Below are positions 1 through 9,490 of a DNA stretch of 32,000 bases, piece by piece. The notes below the pieces were generated by a model, which saw nothing but the letters and a program-made list of their open reading frames with translations, had not been told where the DNA came from and ran no database searches. The stretch covers positions 570,001-602,000 of the forward strand of contig NC_008698.1 in NCBI RefSeq assembly GCF_000015225.1, given 5' to 3'. The DNA comes from Thermofilum pendens Hrk 5 (GTDB lineage Archaea > Thermoproteota > Thermoprotei > Thermofilales > Thermofilaceae). Numbering within the stretch: the stretch's first letter is position 1; every line of letters starts with the position of its first letter. The translations under genes were made by a program, and so were the position numbers.

Positions 1-2
1 CC

Positions 3-605
3 GTTGGCCCCCTCTTTCTAAGCGATACGTATCAGCCGGTACAAGTATCCGCTACCTTTGCCTCAAAGAGTGCAGGCGTACCACTCGGAGTCTACCTGCT
101 GGCTGTACTGGTGCTTCTACTAGTAATGGGAGCGGTTTACTACAGCTCGAGAAGGCGCATCTCGGAGGCAAAGGCGGAGGCCTTGGAGAAGTCGCTGTCC
201 CAGAGGCGGGGACTCGAAGAGCTGGAAAGGATACTGGTAAGCCGTGAGAGAGCCTTGGAGGAGCTCGTCGAGCAGCTAAGGGATCTCCGGGGAAGAAAAG
301 CCGGTATAACTAAGGTGACTTCCGTTCTAAGACTTATGGAGCAGAGGAACAGGGAGTACGACAAGTTGCTCAGGGATGCGCTTAAAGGCCTCGAGGGTGA
401 CTGGTCGAAGATTTTCTCCGAGCTAGACGAATTTGCGAGAATGGTTGAAGAAAAGATCCGAGAACTCGAGAAAATAGAAAGGGCGTATAGGTCGGGTAGA
501 CTCGCCAAGAAAGAGTACGTTGAAAGCGCCGAGAAAATAGAGGAGGAAATCCTGAGCCTTGCTCGCGAATTTACAAGAAGAGTCACCAGGCTGCTTAGCG
601 CCTAA
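3..605 (+). CDS. C-terminal part of a membrane-anchored coiled-coil protein; the 5' end lies upstream of the window
   Basis: The frame of ORF 111..605 stays open back to base 3. The extra residues complete a hydrophobic segment (..GVYLLAVLVLLLVMGAVYY), followed by about 140 aa of E/K/R/L-rich coiled-coil-like sequence. No recognisable family. Confidence 0.4.
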   Translation, partial: VGPLFLSDTYQPVQVSATFASKSAGVPLGVYLLAVLVLLLVMGAVYYSSRRRISEAKAEALEKSLSQRRGLEELERILVSRERALEELVEQLRDLRGRKAGITKVTSVLRLMEQRNREYDKLLRDALKGLEGDWSKIFSELDEFARMVEEKIRELEKIERAYRSGRLAKKEYVESAEKIEEEILSLAREFTRRVTRLLSA

Positions 606-678
606 CTCTTCTCATGGTATAACTTAGAGTAATACAAAGCAACGGTTTTATTTCAGCGCGCACCGCGCAGAGATAGCG

Positions 679-2385
679 GTGGTCTACTTGGGTGATAAGG
701 CTAGGCGCAAGTGGCTAGTACTCGCCGCGTGGCCCTATGCGTACGGAGTACCACACCTCGGTAACCTCATAGGCTCGGTGCTCTCGGCAGACGTTGCCGC
801 TAGGTTCCTGAGGTTAGCGGGGGATGAAGTGGTCTTCGTTTCTGGCTCTGACATGCACGGTACGCCTATCGAGGTTGAAGCTTTGAAGCGGGGAGAAAGC
901 CCCAAGGATTTGGCGGAGCGGAACCACGAAAAAATTAAGGAGCTTTTCGAGAGGTGGGAGATAAGCTTCGATAACTACTCTAAGACTGAGAGTCCCACGC
1001 ACATAAAGTTCGTCCAGGATTTCTACAGGAGGGTCTACGAAAACGGGTACGTTTTCTCGGATACCGTGCAACTGTACTACTGTCCTAAGGACAAGATATT
1101 TCTCCCCGACCGCTACATAGTAGGCACGTGCCCGTATTGCGGCTACGACCGTGCATACGGCGATCAATGTGAGAACTGCGGGCGCTTGCTCGAACCTACC
1201 CTTCTCCTGAACCCCAGGTGTGCAATATGTGGGTCAACGCCCGAGCTTAGGACTACTACACACTGGTTCTTCGACCTTCCGAAGCTGACGGATGCCTTGA
1301 AGCGGTACATCGAAGAAAACGAAAACCTCCCTCCAAACGCGCGCAACATGAGCCTCCAGATACTGAGGGACGGGTTAAAACCGCGAGCCCTCACACGAGA
1401 CAACAAGTGGGGCATACCGGCACCCTTTCCTGGGGCCGAGGATAAGACAATCTATGTTTGGATGGAGGCAGTGCTAGGATACATCTCGGCTACAATAGAG
1501 TACTTCGCCTCGAAGGGAGAGCCGGAGAAGTGGAAGGAGTTCTGGCTCGACCCGGAGACGAGGAGCGTATACTTCATAGGAAAAGATAACATACCTTTCC
1601 ATACGTTGATCCTTCCAGCGTTGCTTATTGCGAGCGGGGAGAAGTACGTTCTGCCGTGGACCGTGGCCTCCACGGAGTACTTACTCTTCAGGGGGTTGAA
1701 GTTCTCGAAGAGTCGAAGGATTGGTGTCTGGATTGACGAAGCGCTGGAAGTCTTCCCGGCGGATTACTGGAGATTCGTACTCGTCTCTCTTAGACCGGAG
1801 CAGAAAGACATGAGCTTCACGTGGGAGGAGTTCCTCAGAATAGTGAACAACGACCTTAACGACAATATTGGGAACTTTGTGCACAGAGTGCTGGTGCTTG
1901 TGCAGAGAAAATTCGGAGGCATAGCGCCAGCTCCCCTGGACTTCGCAGATGAGGACTTGAAGTTCAGGGAGGAGATCCTGGCGAGATCCCGTGAAGTCGC
2001 GGAGTTCATGTACGCTTTTCGCTTCAAGGAAGCTTTAACGCACATACTATGGCTCTCCAGCTCGGGCAACTCCTATCTCAACTTCCGGAAACCCTGGGAA
2101 CTAGACTCCGAGTCTGCGAGAACCCCTGCGTTCCTAGCCCTACACGCTGTCAAAGCATTAGCAATAATGCTCTATCCAATAATCCCCAGGAGCAGCCAGG
2201 AGATGTGGAAGCTCCTAGGGTACAAGGACGACATAGCGAATCACCGTTGGCACGAGATAAACGAAGCTGTACCGCCGGGTCAAGAACTCCCAAGCCCGAG
2301 ACCCCTGTTCAGGAAGATAAGCGAGGAGGAGCTGAAAGCAGCAGTGGAGAAGATCGAGGAGCTACGCGCAAGCCGTAGCAGCTAG
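679..2385 (+). CDS. metG: methionyl-tRNA synthetase
   Basis: 568 aa. Class I HIGH-type motif (PHLGNLIGS), KMSKS-type motif (KFSKSRR) and Cys knuckles CPYCG..CENCG / CAICG typical of MetRS. GTG start about 30 nt after a TTTTATTT box. Confidence 0.95.
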   Translation: MVYLGDKARRKWLVLAAWPYAYGVPHLGNLIGSVLSADVAARFLRLAGDEVVFVSGSDMHGTPIEVEALKRGESPKDLAERNHEKIKELFERWEISFDNYSKTESPTHIKFVQDFYRRVYENGYVFSDTVQLYYCPKDKIFLPDRYIVGTCPYCGYDRAYGDQCENCGRLLEPTLLLNPRCAICGSTPELRTTTHWFFDLPKLTDALKRYIEENENLPPNARNMSLQILRDGLKPRALTRDNKWGIPAPFPGAEDKTIYVWMEAVLGYISATIEYFASKGEPEKWKEFWLDPETRSVYFIGKDNIPFHTLILPALLIASGEKYVLPWTVASTEYLLFRGLKFSKSRRIGVWIDEALEVFPADYWRFVLVSLRPEQKDMSFTWEEFLRIVNNDLNDNIGNFVHRVLVLVQRKFGGIAPAPLDFADEDLKFREEILARSREVAEFMYAFRFKEALTHILWLSSSGNSYLNFRKPWELDSESARTPAFLALHAVKALAIMLYPIIPRSSQEMWKLLGYKDDIANHRWHEINEAVPPGQELPSPRPLFRKISEEELKAAVEKIEELRASRSS

Positions 2386-2406
2386 GCATGGTTTTTCTCC
2401 TTAACG

Positions 2407-3693
2407 CTAAGCAAGCACTTTGCCTATTAGGCTGACCGGCGTGGCGTCGACTATCTTCACTCTAACTATCTCCCCGACCCTTGCTTCTTGATCCTTAATA
2501 ACGACAGGCTTATACTCTATCGTTCTTCCAACAAGGTCTCCGCGGATAGAGGTGCCCTCCACTACAACTTCCCTCTCTTCTCCCACGTAGCTCCTGTTTA
2601 TCTCGTACGCGACTTCTAAGGCGACCCTCGAGGCAAGCCTGCTCCTCTGCTTCTTCACGGGCTCAGGTACACCCGACATCACGTACCCCTCCGTAAAGGG
2701 CCTAAACGTGTAGCGAGCAACGTGCACCTTGTCGAACATTACTTCCCTTAGGAACTTTAGGGTATTTTGAAACTCCGCCTCACCCTCTCCCGGGAACCCC
2801 ACTATTATGTCCGTGACTATGCTGAACTTCCACCCTGAGCCTCTGATCGTGTTCACGATCCCCTTATACTCCTCTACTGTGTATTTGCGCCGCATGAGCC
2901 TCAGCACTTTGTCGTCTCCAGACTGCGCTGGGATATGGAAGTACCTGTAAAGCCTCTCGTCTCTGAAAAGCTCCAAGAGATTTTTGAGAAACCTCCCCAA
3001 GAGCATGGGCTCCATCATGCCGAGCCTAACCCTGTACTCTCCGTCCACCTCCTCAAGTATCCTCTTCACGAGCTCGTAGAGGTTTGTCCCCAAGTCGTAG
3101 CCGTAGGCTGCTACGTCCTGGCCTGTTAGGAAGATTTCCCTAGCACCCTTAGAGACAGCGGCCCTCACGTTCTCAATTATCACATCGATCGGGTAGCTCT
3201 TAACGCCGGTACCCCGTGTAACCCATTCGATGCAGAAAGCACAGGAGCCGAGGCATCCGCTCTCTATTGGCACGACGTGGACGGCCCCCCCGCTGTAGTC
3301 TGGAAGCACGTTTCGGGAAGCTTTATACTGCCGAACGATGAGAAGCTTGTCCTCGGATTCGACAACCTCGGGTATTTTTTCGATAGCGTCGGGCTCCACT
3401 AGTGAAGCGCTGGGCGCGACGTCAAGTATGCTCTTAGGGCGTACGTTGACGAGGCACCCGCTGACTACGAGCCTAAACCCCCTCTTTTGCCTTAATTCTT
3501 CCAGCTCTCTTAGCCTCCTGAAAATTTTCGTCTCGGTGTCTCCTCTAACTGCACAGGTATTGAGTATGACTACGTCTGCGTTCTCGATACTTTCTACTAC
3601 CTTGTGTCCTCTCCTCTTGAGCAGTGTTGCCATTATGTTGCTTTCTCCTTTATTGAGCCAGCAGCCAAAGGTCTCGATGTAGACTCGCGCCAT
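2407..3693 (-). CDS. radical-SAM methylthiotransferase, MiaB/CDKAL1 (MtaB-like) family, tRNA modification
   Basis: 428 aa. N-terminal MiaB-type domain (VYIETFGCWLNKGES..ILNTCAVR), radical-SAM CxxxCxxC (CLGSCAFC) and a C-terminal TRAM-like beta domain. Confidence 0.85.
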   Translation of the reverse strand: MARVYIETFGCWLNKGESNIMATLLKRRGHKVVESIENADVVILNTCAVRGDTETKIFRRLRELEELRQKRGFRLVVSGCLVNVRPKSILDVAPSASLVEPDAIEKIPEVVESEDKLLIVRQYKASRNVLPDYSGGAVHVVPIESGCLGSCAFCIEWVTRGTGVKSYPIDVIIENVRAAVSKGAREIFLTGQDVAAYGYDLGTNLYELVKRILEEVDGEYRVRLGMMEPMLLGRFLKNLLELFRDERLYRYFHIPAQSGDDKVLRLMRRKYTVEEYKGIVNTIRGSGWKFSIVTDIIVGFPGEGEAEFQNTLKFLREVMFDKVHVARYTFRPFTEGYVMSGVPEPVKKQRSRLASRVALEVAYEINRSYVGEEREVVVEGTSIRGDLVGRTIEYKPVVIKDQEARVGEIVRVKIVDATPVSLIGKVLA

Positions 3694-3704
3694 GGCCCTG
3701 TTCT

Positions 3705-5003
3705 TTACGCGGTCCAGCTCCTTAAGTATTCTACCTGCTTCGGCGTCAGCCTCTCTATCCTTACTCCCAGGGACTTCAACTTGATCAACGCTATTCTTCT
3801 GTCCAGCTGAGCAGGTAGCCTGTAAACCTTTGGCTTGAGTTTTCCCTTCTTCTTCCAGAGGAGGTGAACTGCCAGCGCCTGGTTACCAAATGAGAGGTCC
3901 ATGACCTCGCTGGGATGCCCTTCCGCCGCGGCCAAGTTGACGAGCCTTCCCTCGGAGAGCAGGTAGAGCTTTTTACCGTTCCTAAGAGTATATTCCTCCA
4001 CGTTTTCGTTAATCCTTCTCTTGGACGTAGAGATTCTCTCGAGGTCCTCGACAGAGATCTCCACGTTGAAGTGCCCTGCATTCGCGAGTATTGCCCCGTC
4101 CCGCATTTCCAGGAAGTGCTCTTCGCGTACAACGTCTCTGTTTCCCGTAGCGGTTATGAACACGTCGCCAATCTTGGACGCCTCGCGCATGTCTGTAACG
4201 TAGAAGCCTTCGTAGTAGGCCTCGAGAGCCTTTATAGGGTCAGCCTCCACGACGATGACACGGGCGCCCATGCCCCTAGCCCTCCAGGCTATTCCGCGCC
4301 CGACCCAGCCGTAACCCGCGACTACCACGTTCTTCCCGGCGAGGAGGATGTTTGTAGCCCTGAGTATCCCGTCAAGGGTGGACTGCCCCGTACCGAAGCG
4401 GTTGTCGAACATGTACTTCGTCATCGAGTCGTTTACAGCGATGACTGGGTAGAGAAGCTTGCCTTCTCTCTCGAGGGCTCTTAGACGTATAACCCCCGTC
4501 GTCGTTTCCTCCGTTCCTCCGACTACGCGCTTGTAGGCATCCGGTGGAACAATTTCTTTGGCAACCTCGTAGTCCAGCCCCTTAGCCTCTCCAATGCTCA
4601 GTTTGTGAAGCATTACCGTTAGGTCTCCCCCATCGTCCATAGTGATATCCGGCTCTATTGATGCAGCCCGAGCAATAGACTCGAAGTACTCCCTTTCAGT
4701 CATACCCTTCCAGGCAAACACGCTTACACCCTCGCTCGCAAGATACGCGGCTACAGGGTCCTGCGTCGAGAGCGGGTTTGAAGCCGCGAGTGCTATCTCT
4801 GCACCGGCAGCCTTTAGTGTAAGCATGAGCACAGCGGTTTCCTTGGTTACATGCATGCACGCCGCTATCTTGACCCCCTTGAGCGGCTGCCTCTCCGAGA
4901 ACGACTCCTTTATAGACCTAAGAACGGCCATGTGCCTTTCAGCCCATTCGACCATCAGCCTTCCCTTAGGCGCTAGCGAGATGTCCTTCACACGGTACTC
5001 CAT
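3705..5003 (-). CDS. ahcY: S-adenosyl-L-homocysteine hydrolase
   Basis: 432 aa, full-length adenosylhomocysteinase pattern: MEYRVKDISLA..GR..W N-terminus, NAD-binding GYGWVGRG, and HFNVEI / EGRLVNL motifs. Confidence 0.95.
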   Translation of the reverse strand: MEYRVKDISLAPKGRLMVEWAERHMAVLRSIKESFSERQPLKGVKIAACMHVTKETAVLMLTLKAAGAEIALAASNPLSTQDPVAAYLASEGVSVFAWKGMTEREYFESIARAASIEPDITMDDGGDLTVMLHKLSIGEAKGLDYEVAKEIVPPDAYKRVVGGTEETTTGVIRLRALEREGKLLYPVIAVNDSMTKYMFDNRFGTGQSTLDGILRATNILLAGKNVVVAGYGWVGRGIAWRARGMGARVIVVEADPIKALEAYYEGFYVTDMREASKIGDVFITATGNRDVVREEHFLEMRDGAILANAGHFNVEISVEDLERISTSKRRINENVEEYTLRNGKKLYLLSEGRLVNLAAAEGHPSEVMDLSFGNQALAVHLLWKKKGKLKPKVYRLPAQLDRRIALIKLKSLGVRIERLTPKQVEYLRSWTA

Positions 5004-5055
5004 GCTCTACACCAGCGCAGTGAAAAACATAGGGCTTTTTATATATCACGCGCGA

Positions 5056-5844
5056 CTAAATGAGTGCTTCGTCGAGTGCGCGTGCGCATTGACACTTTCT
5101 TTCCTCAGGTATGCTCGGTATAAGGTCTGCTAGGAGCCTCTTCACCTTTTCTGTGTTCTCCGCCATAACCCTTGCTACTTCGTGAGCTGTTACTGGTTTC
5201 TCGGCCCAGACGTCGTAGTCAGTTACCATTGCGATGTTTAGGAAGCACATCCTGGCTTCTCTCGCAAGGTTAACCTCGGGTACGAGCGTCATGCCTATGA
5301 TGTCGGCGCCGAACTGGCGCCATAGCCTGGATTCCGCCCTGGTGGAGAACCTCGGCCCCTCAATGCAGATGTAGGTGCCTTTCTCGTGCATAGTTATGCC
5401 CAGCTTTCTAGCGCTCCTTATACAGAGCTCCCTAAGCTCGGGGCAGAAGGGGTCTGCCATCGATACATGTGCCACGACCGGGCCATCGTAGAACGTATAC
5501 ACCCTACCCTTAGTCATGTCGATAAACTGGTCCGTGCATACAAAGTCTCCGGGCTTGTAATCCTCGCGTAGGCTTCCCACCGCCGAGACGGAGATAAGTC
5601 TCTCTACTCCAAGCTCCTTGAGAGCGTATATGTTGGCGCGGTAGTTGACCTTGTGTGGTGGTATCTCGTGTCTCTTACCGTGCCTGGGTATGAATGCAAC
5701 CTTTCTCCCAGCGATTTCCCCTATAACCACGTGAGAGGAGGGCGGGCCATACGGTGTGTAGATTTTCTCCTCCTTGGGGTTAGTCAGGAAGTCCGGAGAA
5801 TAGAGGCCGCTTCCTCCTATGATGCCAATCTTTACTTTCTCCAT
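5056..5844 (-). CDS. mtnP: 5'-methylthioadenosine phosphorylase (PNP family 2)
   Basis: 262 aa. [12 protein letters not shown]-terminus, [21 protein letters not shown]; typical MTAP architecture. Confidence 0.9.
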   Translation of the reverse strand: MEKVKIGIIGGSGLYSPDFLTNPKEEKIYTPYGPPSSHVVIGEIAGRKVAFIPRHGKRHEIPPHKVNYRANIYALKELGVERLISVSAVGSLREDYKPGDFVCTDQFIDMTKGRVYTFYDGPVVAHVSMADPFCPELRELCIRSARKLGITMHEKGTYICIEGPRFSTRAESRLWRQFGADIIGMTLVPEVNLAREARMCFLNIAMVTDYDVWAEKPVTAHEVARVMAENTEKVKRLLADLIPSIPEERKCQCARALDEALI

Positions 5845-5901
5845 ACGTTTATTACGTGCGCGCCCGGGATAATAATCTTTCCGGGGATCTTCCCCGAGAT
5901 C

Positions 5902-6531
5902 CTACATAAGCCACCTAAACGAGAAGTATTGAATCTTTCCGTCTACCGGGTCTCTATAAGCGAGTATGAAGTGTTTCCTCACGGAATGCGAAAGTCTCCC
6001 AGCCCTTATGATCTGTATAGGGTCAAGCTTGTCGTTATACTTCAAGACATCCACCAAGAAGATCGAGTGGTCAATGCCGGGACCGAACTGGTACACGGCA
6101 AACGTGGAACCGAATTTCATTCCCGACTTCACTACGTAGCCTCTTCCCCTCAGGTCCTTGTAAACAGCATAAGCGTCGTAGAAGTTTTCATAGATTCTGG
6201 ATGCAAGCTCGAAAAGCTCCGAGGGAGAAACAGGGCTCCCGTCCTCTCTTTTAAGGTCTAGGCAGCCCTGTTCCAGAAGGTACATTGCGTCGAAAAGAGA
6301 CAGTTCTAGCTCTTTGCGTACGTCTGGGAGCTTCGGCTTGGGCACCGTGAAGAAGCGTCCGTAGAAACCTCCTTTGAAGTACAACTGGTTTCCTTGAAGA
6401 GGATCCAGTACTACCACCCTCGTTCCGAGGAGGACTGCCTCTATCTTCGTGCACTCCGAGGGAGGCTTTCCATGCATACAGTGTCCCGTGTGCATGTCGG
6501 GGTCTGTGTCTCTGAAATACTTTGCGATCAA
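5902..6531 (-). CDS. endA: tRNA-splicing (intron) endonuclease, catalytic-type subunit
   Basis: C-terminal catalytic domain pattern YAVYKDLRGRGYVVKSGMKFGSTFAVY..H..SVRK, and an N-terminal ..LYFKGGFYGR segment. The start is uncertain; internal Mets (e.g. 6477) are equally possible. Confidence 0.8.
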   Translation of the reverse strand: MIAKYFRDTDPDMHTGHCMHGKPPSECTKIEAVLLGTRVVVLDPLQGNQLYFKGGFYGRFFTVPKPKLPDVRKELELSLFDAMYLLEQGCLDLKREDGSPVSPSELFELASRIYENFYDAYAVYKDLRGRGYVVKSGMKFGSTFAVYQFGPGIDHSIFLVDVLKYNDKLDPIQIIRAGRLSHSVRKHFILAYRDPVDGKIQYFSFRWLM

Positions 6532-6684
6532 AGATACTTACTTCGCCTCTGCGCATTAGTATGCTACACTAGGAGACCGGGCGCCGCTTCTTCCATGGTC
6601 TTATCGCGTGCGAACCACTTGCCCGCTCATGTGACTAAGAATTGCGCGACGAAAGCTTTTTCTTCATGCACAGTAAAACTCTAT

Positions 6685-7365
6685 GTGACAACAAAAACAA
6701 AGGTTAACACTAAGTTAGTTCTATGGGAAGAGGTCGTCGAATGGTGCAGGTCTTTAGCTGAAAAAGTGAAGTCCTCGGGGTTTACGCCGGACATTGTGGT
6801 GGCGATAGCTAGGGGTGGGTACGTCCCGGCGAGGCTTCTCTGCGACTTTCTAGACGTGCACGACCTAGCAAGCATTCAGGTTCTGCACTGGGGGAGAGCT
6901 GCGGAGATAACCTCGGTGGCGCACGTCAAGTATCCTTACCAGCTCAACCTCTCGGGGAAGAGGGTTTTGCTCGTAGACGATATAGTGGATACCGGGGACT
7001 CAGTAATCGTGGCTAGGGATTACATACTCTCCAACTGGAAGCCTGCAGAGCTTAAAATCGCGGCTATGCAGTGGATCTCTCCCGTAGCTAAGATAAAGCC
7101 CGACTTTTACGTGGAAGAGGTGAAAGAGTGGGTCTGGTACCAGTACCCGTGGACACGCGCAGAGGACACTACCAACTTCCTCGAGAAGATAGTATCCGAA
7201 GGGCGGAAAACAGGTAAAACCGAGTGGACTTTCGAGGAACTGGTCTCGGAGTTCAGAGAGATCTACGGGATAGACGTCGGCGAGAAGTACTACCGGTTAG
7301 CGCTGAACAGGTTGGTGGAGATGGGATTGCTGGAAAAGAAAGGGGAGAGGTATATAGCGAGGTAA
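6685..7365 (+). CDS. purine (hypoxanthine/xanthine-guanine type) phosphoribosyltransferase with a C-terminal winged-helix-like extension
   Basis: PRTase core: PDIVVAIARGGYVPARLL and the PRPP loop VLLVDDIVDTGDS. Tail EELVSEFREIYGIDVGEKYYRLALNRLVEMGLLEKKGERY resembles a wHTH. The track ORF start (6394) overlaps endA. I prefer GTG 6685, about 25 nt after AAAGCTTTTTC (leaderless-type spacing); ATG 6595 is an alternative. Confidence 0.7.
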   Translation: MTTKTKVNTKLVLWEEVVEWCRSLAEKVKSSGFTPDIVVAIARGGYVPARLLCDFLDVHDLASIQVLHWGRAAEITSVAHVKYPYQLNLSGKRVLLVDDIVDTGDSVIVARDYILSNWKPAELKIAAMQWISPVAKIKPDFYVEEVKEWVWYQYPWTRAEDTTNFLEKIVSEGRKTGKTEWTFEELVSEFREIYGIDVGEKYYRLALNRLVEMGLLEKKGERYIAR

Positions 7366-7388
7366 AGTTTCTTTCTCTCTGCCCGGTT

Positions 7389-8357
7389 ATGCAAGGCGTC
7401 ACAGTGCTCGTTGATCACGGTGTCGTTGTACAGGGCGGCAGAGCCACCGTTGTATTTGACCCCACGAGAACGCCCGCCCTAAAGCCGAGCGTAGTCATAG
7501 TATCCCACGCGCACAGTGATCACTACTCGCTTAGAGCGCTAAGGTCGCTCCCCAACACCCCGATAGTTATGAGCAGAGCCACCAGGGAAATCATAGACCC
7601 CTCCCTCAGGCTTCGGAATGTCGTATACATCGAGGACGGAGAGGAGGTGGAAGTAGAGGGTGTTCGCATAGATGCGTTTAGCTCGGGGCATATAGTTGGA
7701 AGCCTACAATTCTTAATCGAGCTCGAAGGTAAGCGGATCGTGTTCACGGGGGATTTCAACCTCGAGAAAAGGCTTGTCCTAAAACCGGCCAGCGTGGTGA
7801 GAGCAGACGTGGTCATAATCGATGGGACCTACGGTTCCCCTGAGTACGTCTTCCCCCCGAGAACAGAGCTGTACCGTGGACTAGTAGAATTCGTGAAGAG
7901 CAGGATGGAGGAGGGGACTCCCGTACTCCTTAAAGGTAGGAGGGTGGGAGTAGCCCAGGAGTTGACGGCACTGATGTACATGTCAATGGATGTCGTTCCG
8001 CTGGTGGAGGAGAGCGTGGCGTCCGTGAATAGGGTTTATGAGAAGTACGGAGAATGGCTCGGAAAATACGCTCCGTGGGTGGGCAGTATTCCGGAGCGTG
8101 CAGGGCCTGTGATCACGCACCTTGCCTCTAGGCACGATGCCAGGCTACCACACTGCCTCTGCACGGGGTGGGCCGTTAAGGGGGGTGGTTTCCCACTGTC
8201 GTCCCATGCAGACTTCTCGCAGATAGTGAGGTACGTAAGGGATAGCGGCGCCGAGGTTGCCATACCGTTCTGCGGCTATAGAAGCGAGTTGGCAGAGTCC
8301 TTAAAGAGGCTTTTAGGAGTCGAGGCTTACGCGGAAAGAGAGGTGACGATCACCTGA
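7389..8357 (+). CDS. metallo-beta-lactamase fold hydrolase of the beta-CASP type
   Basis: MBL motifs SHAHSDHY, SSGHIVGS and FTGDF. Beta-CASP motif A-like IIDGTYG and motif B-like LSSHADF. ATG 7389 chosen because the upstream part of the track ORF overlaps the previous gene. Confidence 0.65.
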   Translation: MQGVTVLVDHGVVVQGGRATVVFDPTRTPALKPSVVIVSHAHSDHYSLRALRSLPNTPIVMSRATREIIDPSLRLRNVVYIEDGEEVEVEGVRIDAFSSGHIVGSLQFLIELEGKRIVFTGDFNLEKRLVLKPASVVRADVVIIDGTYGSPEYVFPPRTELYRGLVEFVKSRMEEGTPVLLKGRRVGVAQELTALMYMSMDVVPLVEESVASVNRVYEKYGEWLGKYAPWVGSIPERAGPVITHLASRHDARLPHCLCTGWAVKGGGFPLSSHADFSQIVRYVRDSGAEVAIPFCGYRSELAESLKRLLGVEAYAEREVTIT

Positions 8358-9483
8358 AGTTCAGTAGCCTGGCCTTTCCGTTGAGAACCATGTAGACAGC
8401 GAGGAAGAGGGGGACCTCCAGTTTTCCCTCTTCCACCTTTTCAAGACTGTAGTAGAGAACTTTTCTCGGAGGCTTCTCTATGGCAACCTGCACCTTTTCA
8501 TCCGGAAATACTATCGCTCTCTTTAGAATGGAGTCTGAGTCGAGGTTTTCGAGCTCGTTTACGCTCATCGAGAAGACCTTTAGCCCTGTTTTCCCGTGGA
8601 GGCTTCCAGGTAGTCTTATGAGTCTTTTTGTGTCTATCGTGACCTTTTCGTCGACTTTTACGGAAAGCTCGGAGACGGCCTCCTTTATCGTCTTTTCCCA
8701 CTGCTCGTACTCCATGGAGAGGGATTCCAGCTCTCCATTCTCGCCAGCTTGGAGGAGCCTCAGCAATAGGTACTTCGCGATTCTCCCCGCCCACCCCGGC
8801 GAGGTGGCAGAGTACTTGTACGTGTACAGACTTTTCCCGGCGGGCTTCAGGTAGAGTTTCACGTCTATGCCTATGCCTCTCACGTAGTCGGTGATCTCTC
8901 TTCTTGCGTCCTGGTCTAGGTCTTTTACAGCTTCGCTTTCAACGTGTAGGTGGAACCCCCTGTGTCCGGAGAAAGCTACTCGCATCTCTGCTCTATCGAA
9001 CCCGAAGTCGTCTTCCAGGATCTCGACGAGCTTGATCATTTCCTCTCTGGCTACGTTGATGCAAGTACTACATACCCACTTGCTCCACTCGAGCCGCTCG
9101 CTACCGCAGGAGGGGCATTTCTTCGTGAATCCCCAGCCCTCCGCACCGCAGTCCTGGCAACGCCAGCGATCGTGGAGGTCCTTGCAAGGGGTGGGGATGT
9201 GGTCTACATCGATATCGAAGACTAGGTCTGCGCCGAGCCACCCTTTCTCCCCCATTTCCTGGGCTGAGGGGTACTGGTAGTACGCGGAGGAGTAGTATGC
9301 GTGCTGGGGGACGTTTACGCGGATGTAGTCGTCGAGCTCTTCTCGGGTACTGAAGGATAGATGCCTAATCATCGAGGTTGAATTAAACATTGAGAACGCG
9401 AACTCCCTCTTTGAGAGCTCTGATGGAGCCTCCACACTGGTTCTCGCGTAGTACCGGGCGAAAAGCCCCCGAATCAGTGCCAT
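8350..9483 (-). CDS. priS: DNA primase small (catalytic) subunit PriS
   Basis: AEP primase catalytic motif DLVFDIDVDH, Zn-binding CQDCG..CPSCG, SGHRGFHLH. Met-13 (9483) is preferred as the start because it avoids overlap with the priL stop (9491); 9519 is the alternative. Confidence 0.9.
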   Translation of the reverse strand: MALIRGLFARYYARTSVEAPSELSKREFAFSMFNSTSMIRHLSFSTREELDDYIRVNVPQHAYYSSAYYQYPSAQEMGEKGWLGADLVFDIDVDHIPTPCKDLHDRWRCQDCGAEGWGFTKKCPSCGSERLEWSKWVCSTCINVAREEMIKLVEILEDDFGFDRAEMRVAFSGHRGFHLHVESEAVKDLDQDARREITDYVRGIGIDVKLYLKPAGKSLYTYKYSATSPGWAGRIAKYLLLRLLQAGENGELESLSMEYEQWEKTIKEAVSELSVKVDEKVTIDTKRLIRLPGSLHGKTGLKVFSMSVNELENLDSDSILKRAIVFPDEKVQVAIEKPPRKVLYYSLEKVEEGKLEVPLFLAVYMVLNGKARLLNFR

Positions 9484-9490
9484 GTCGGAC

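Noticed and set aside
140-586. Antisense shadow ORFs opposite confidently assigned genes, e.g. 140..586, 814..1167, 3338..3682, 3915..4484, 4642..5133, 5653..6261, 8480..8854, 10781..11365, 18540..18893
   Set aside because: Each lies entirely within, and antisense to or out of frame with, a gene that has clear family motifs. The translations are Ser/Leu/Arg-rich with no motifs.
6394-6684. Upstream extension of the PRTase ORF (track start 6394) and of the beta-CASP ORF (7224..7388)
   Set aside because: The extensions overlap the endA gene on the opposite strand or the preceding gene in another frame, and they add Cys/Arg-rich non-homologous sequence. Family-typical N-termini begin at the later starts.
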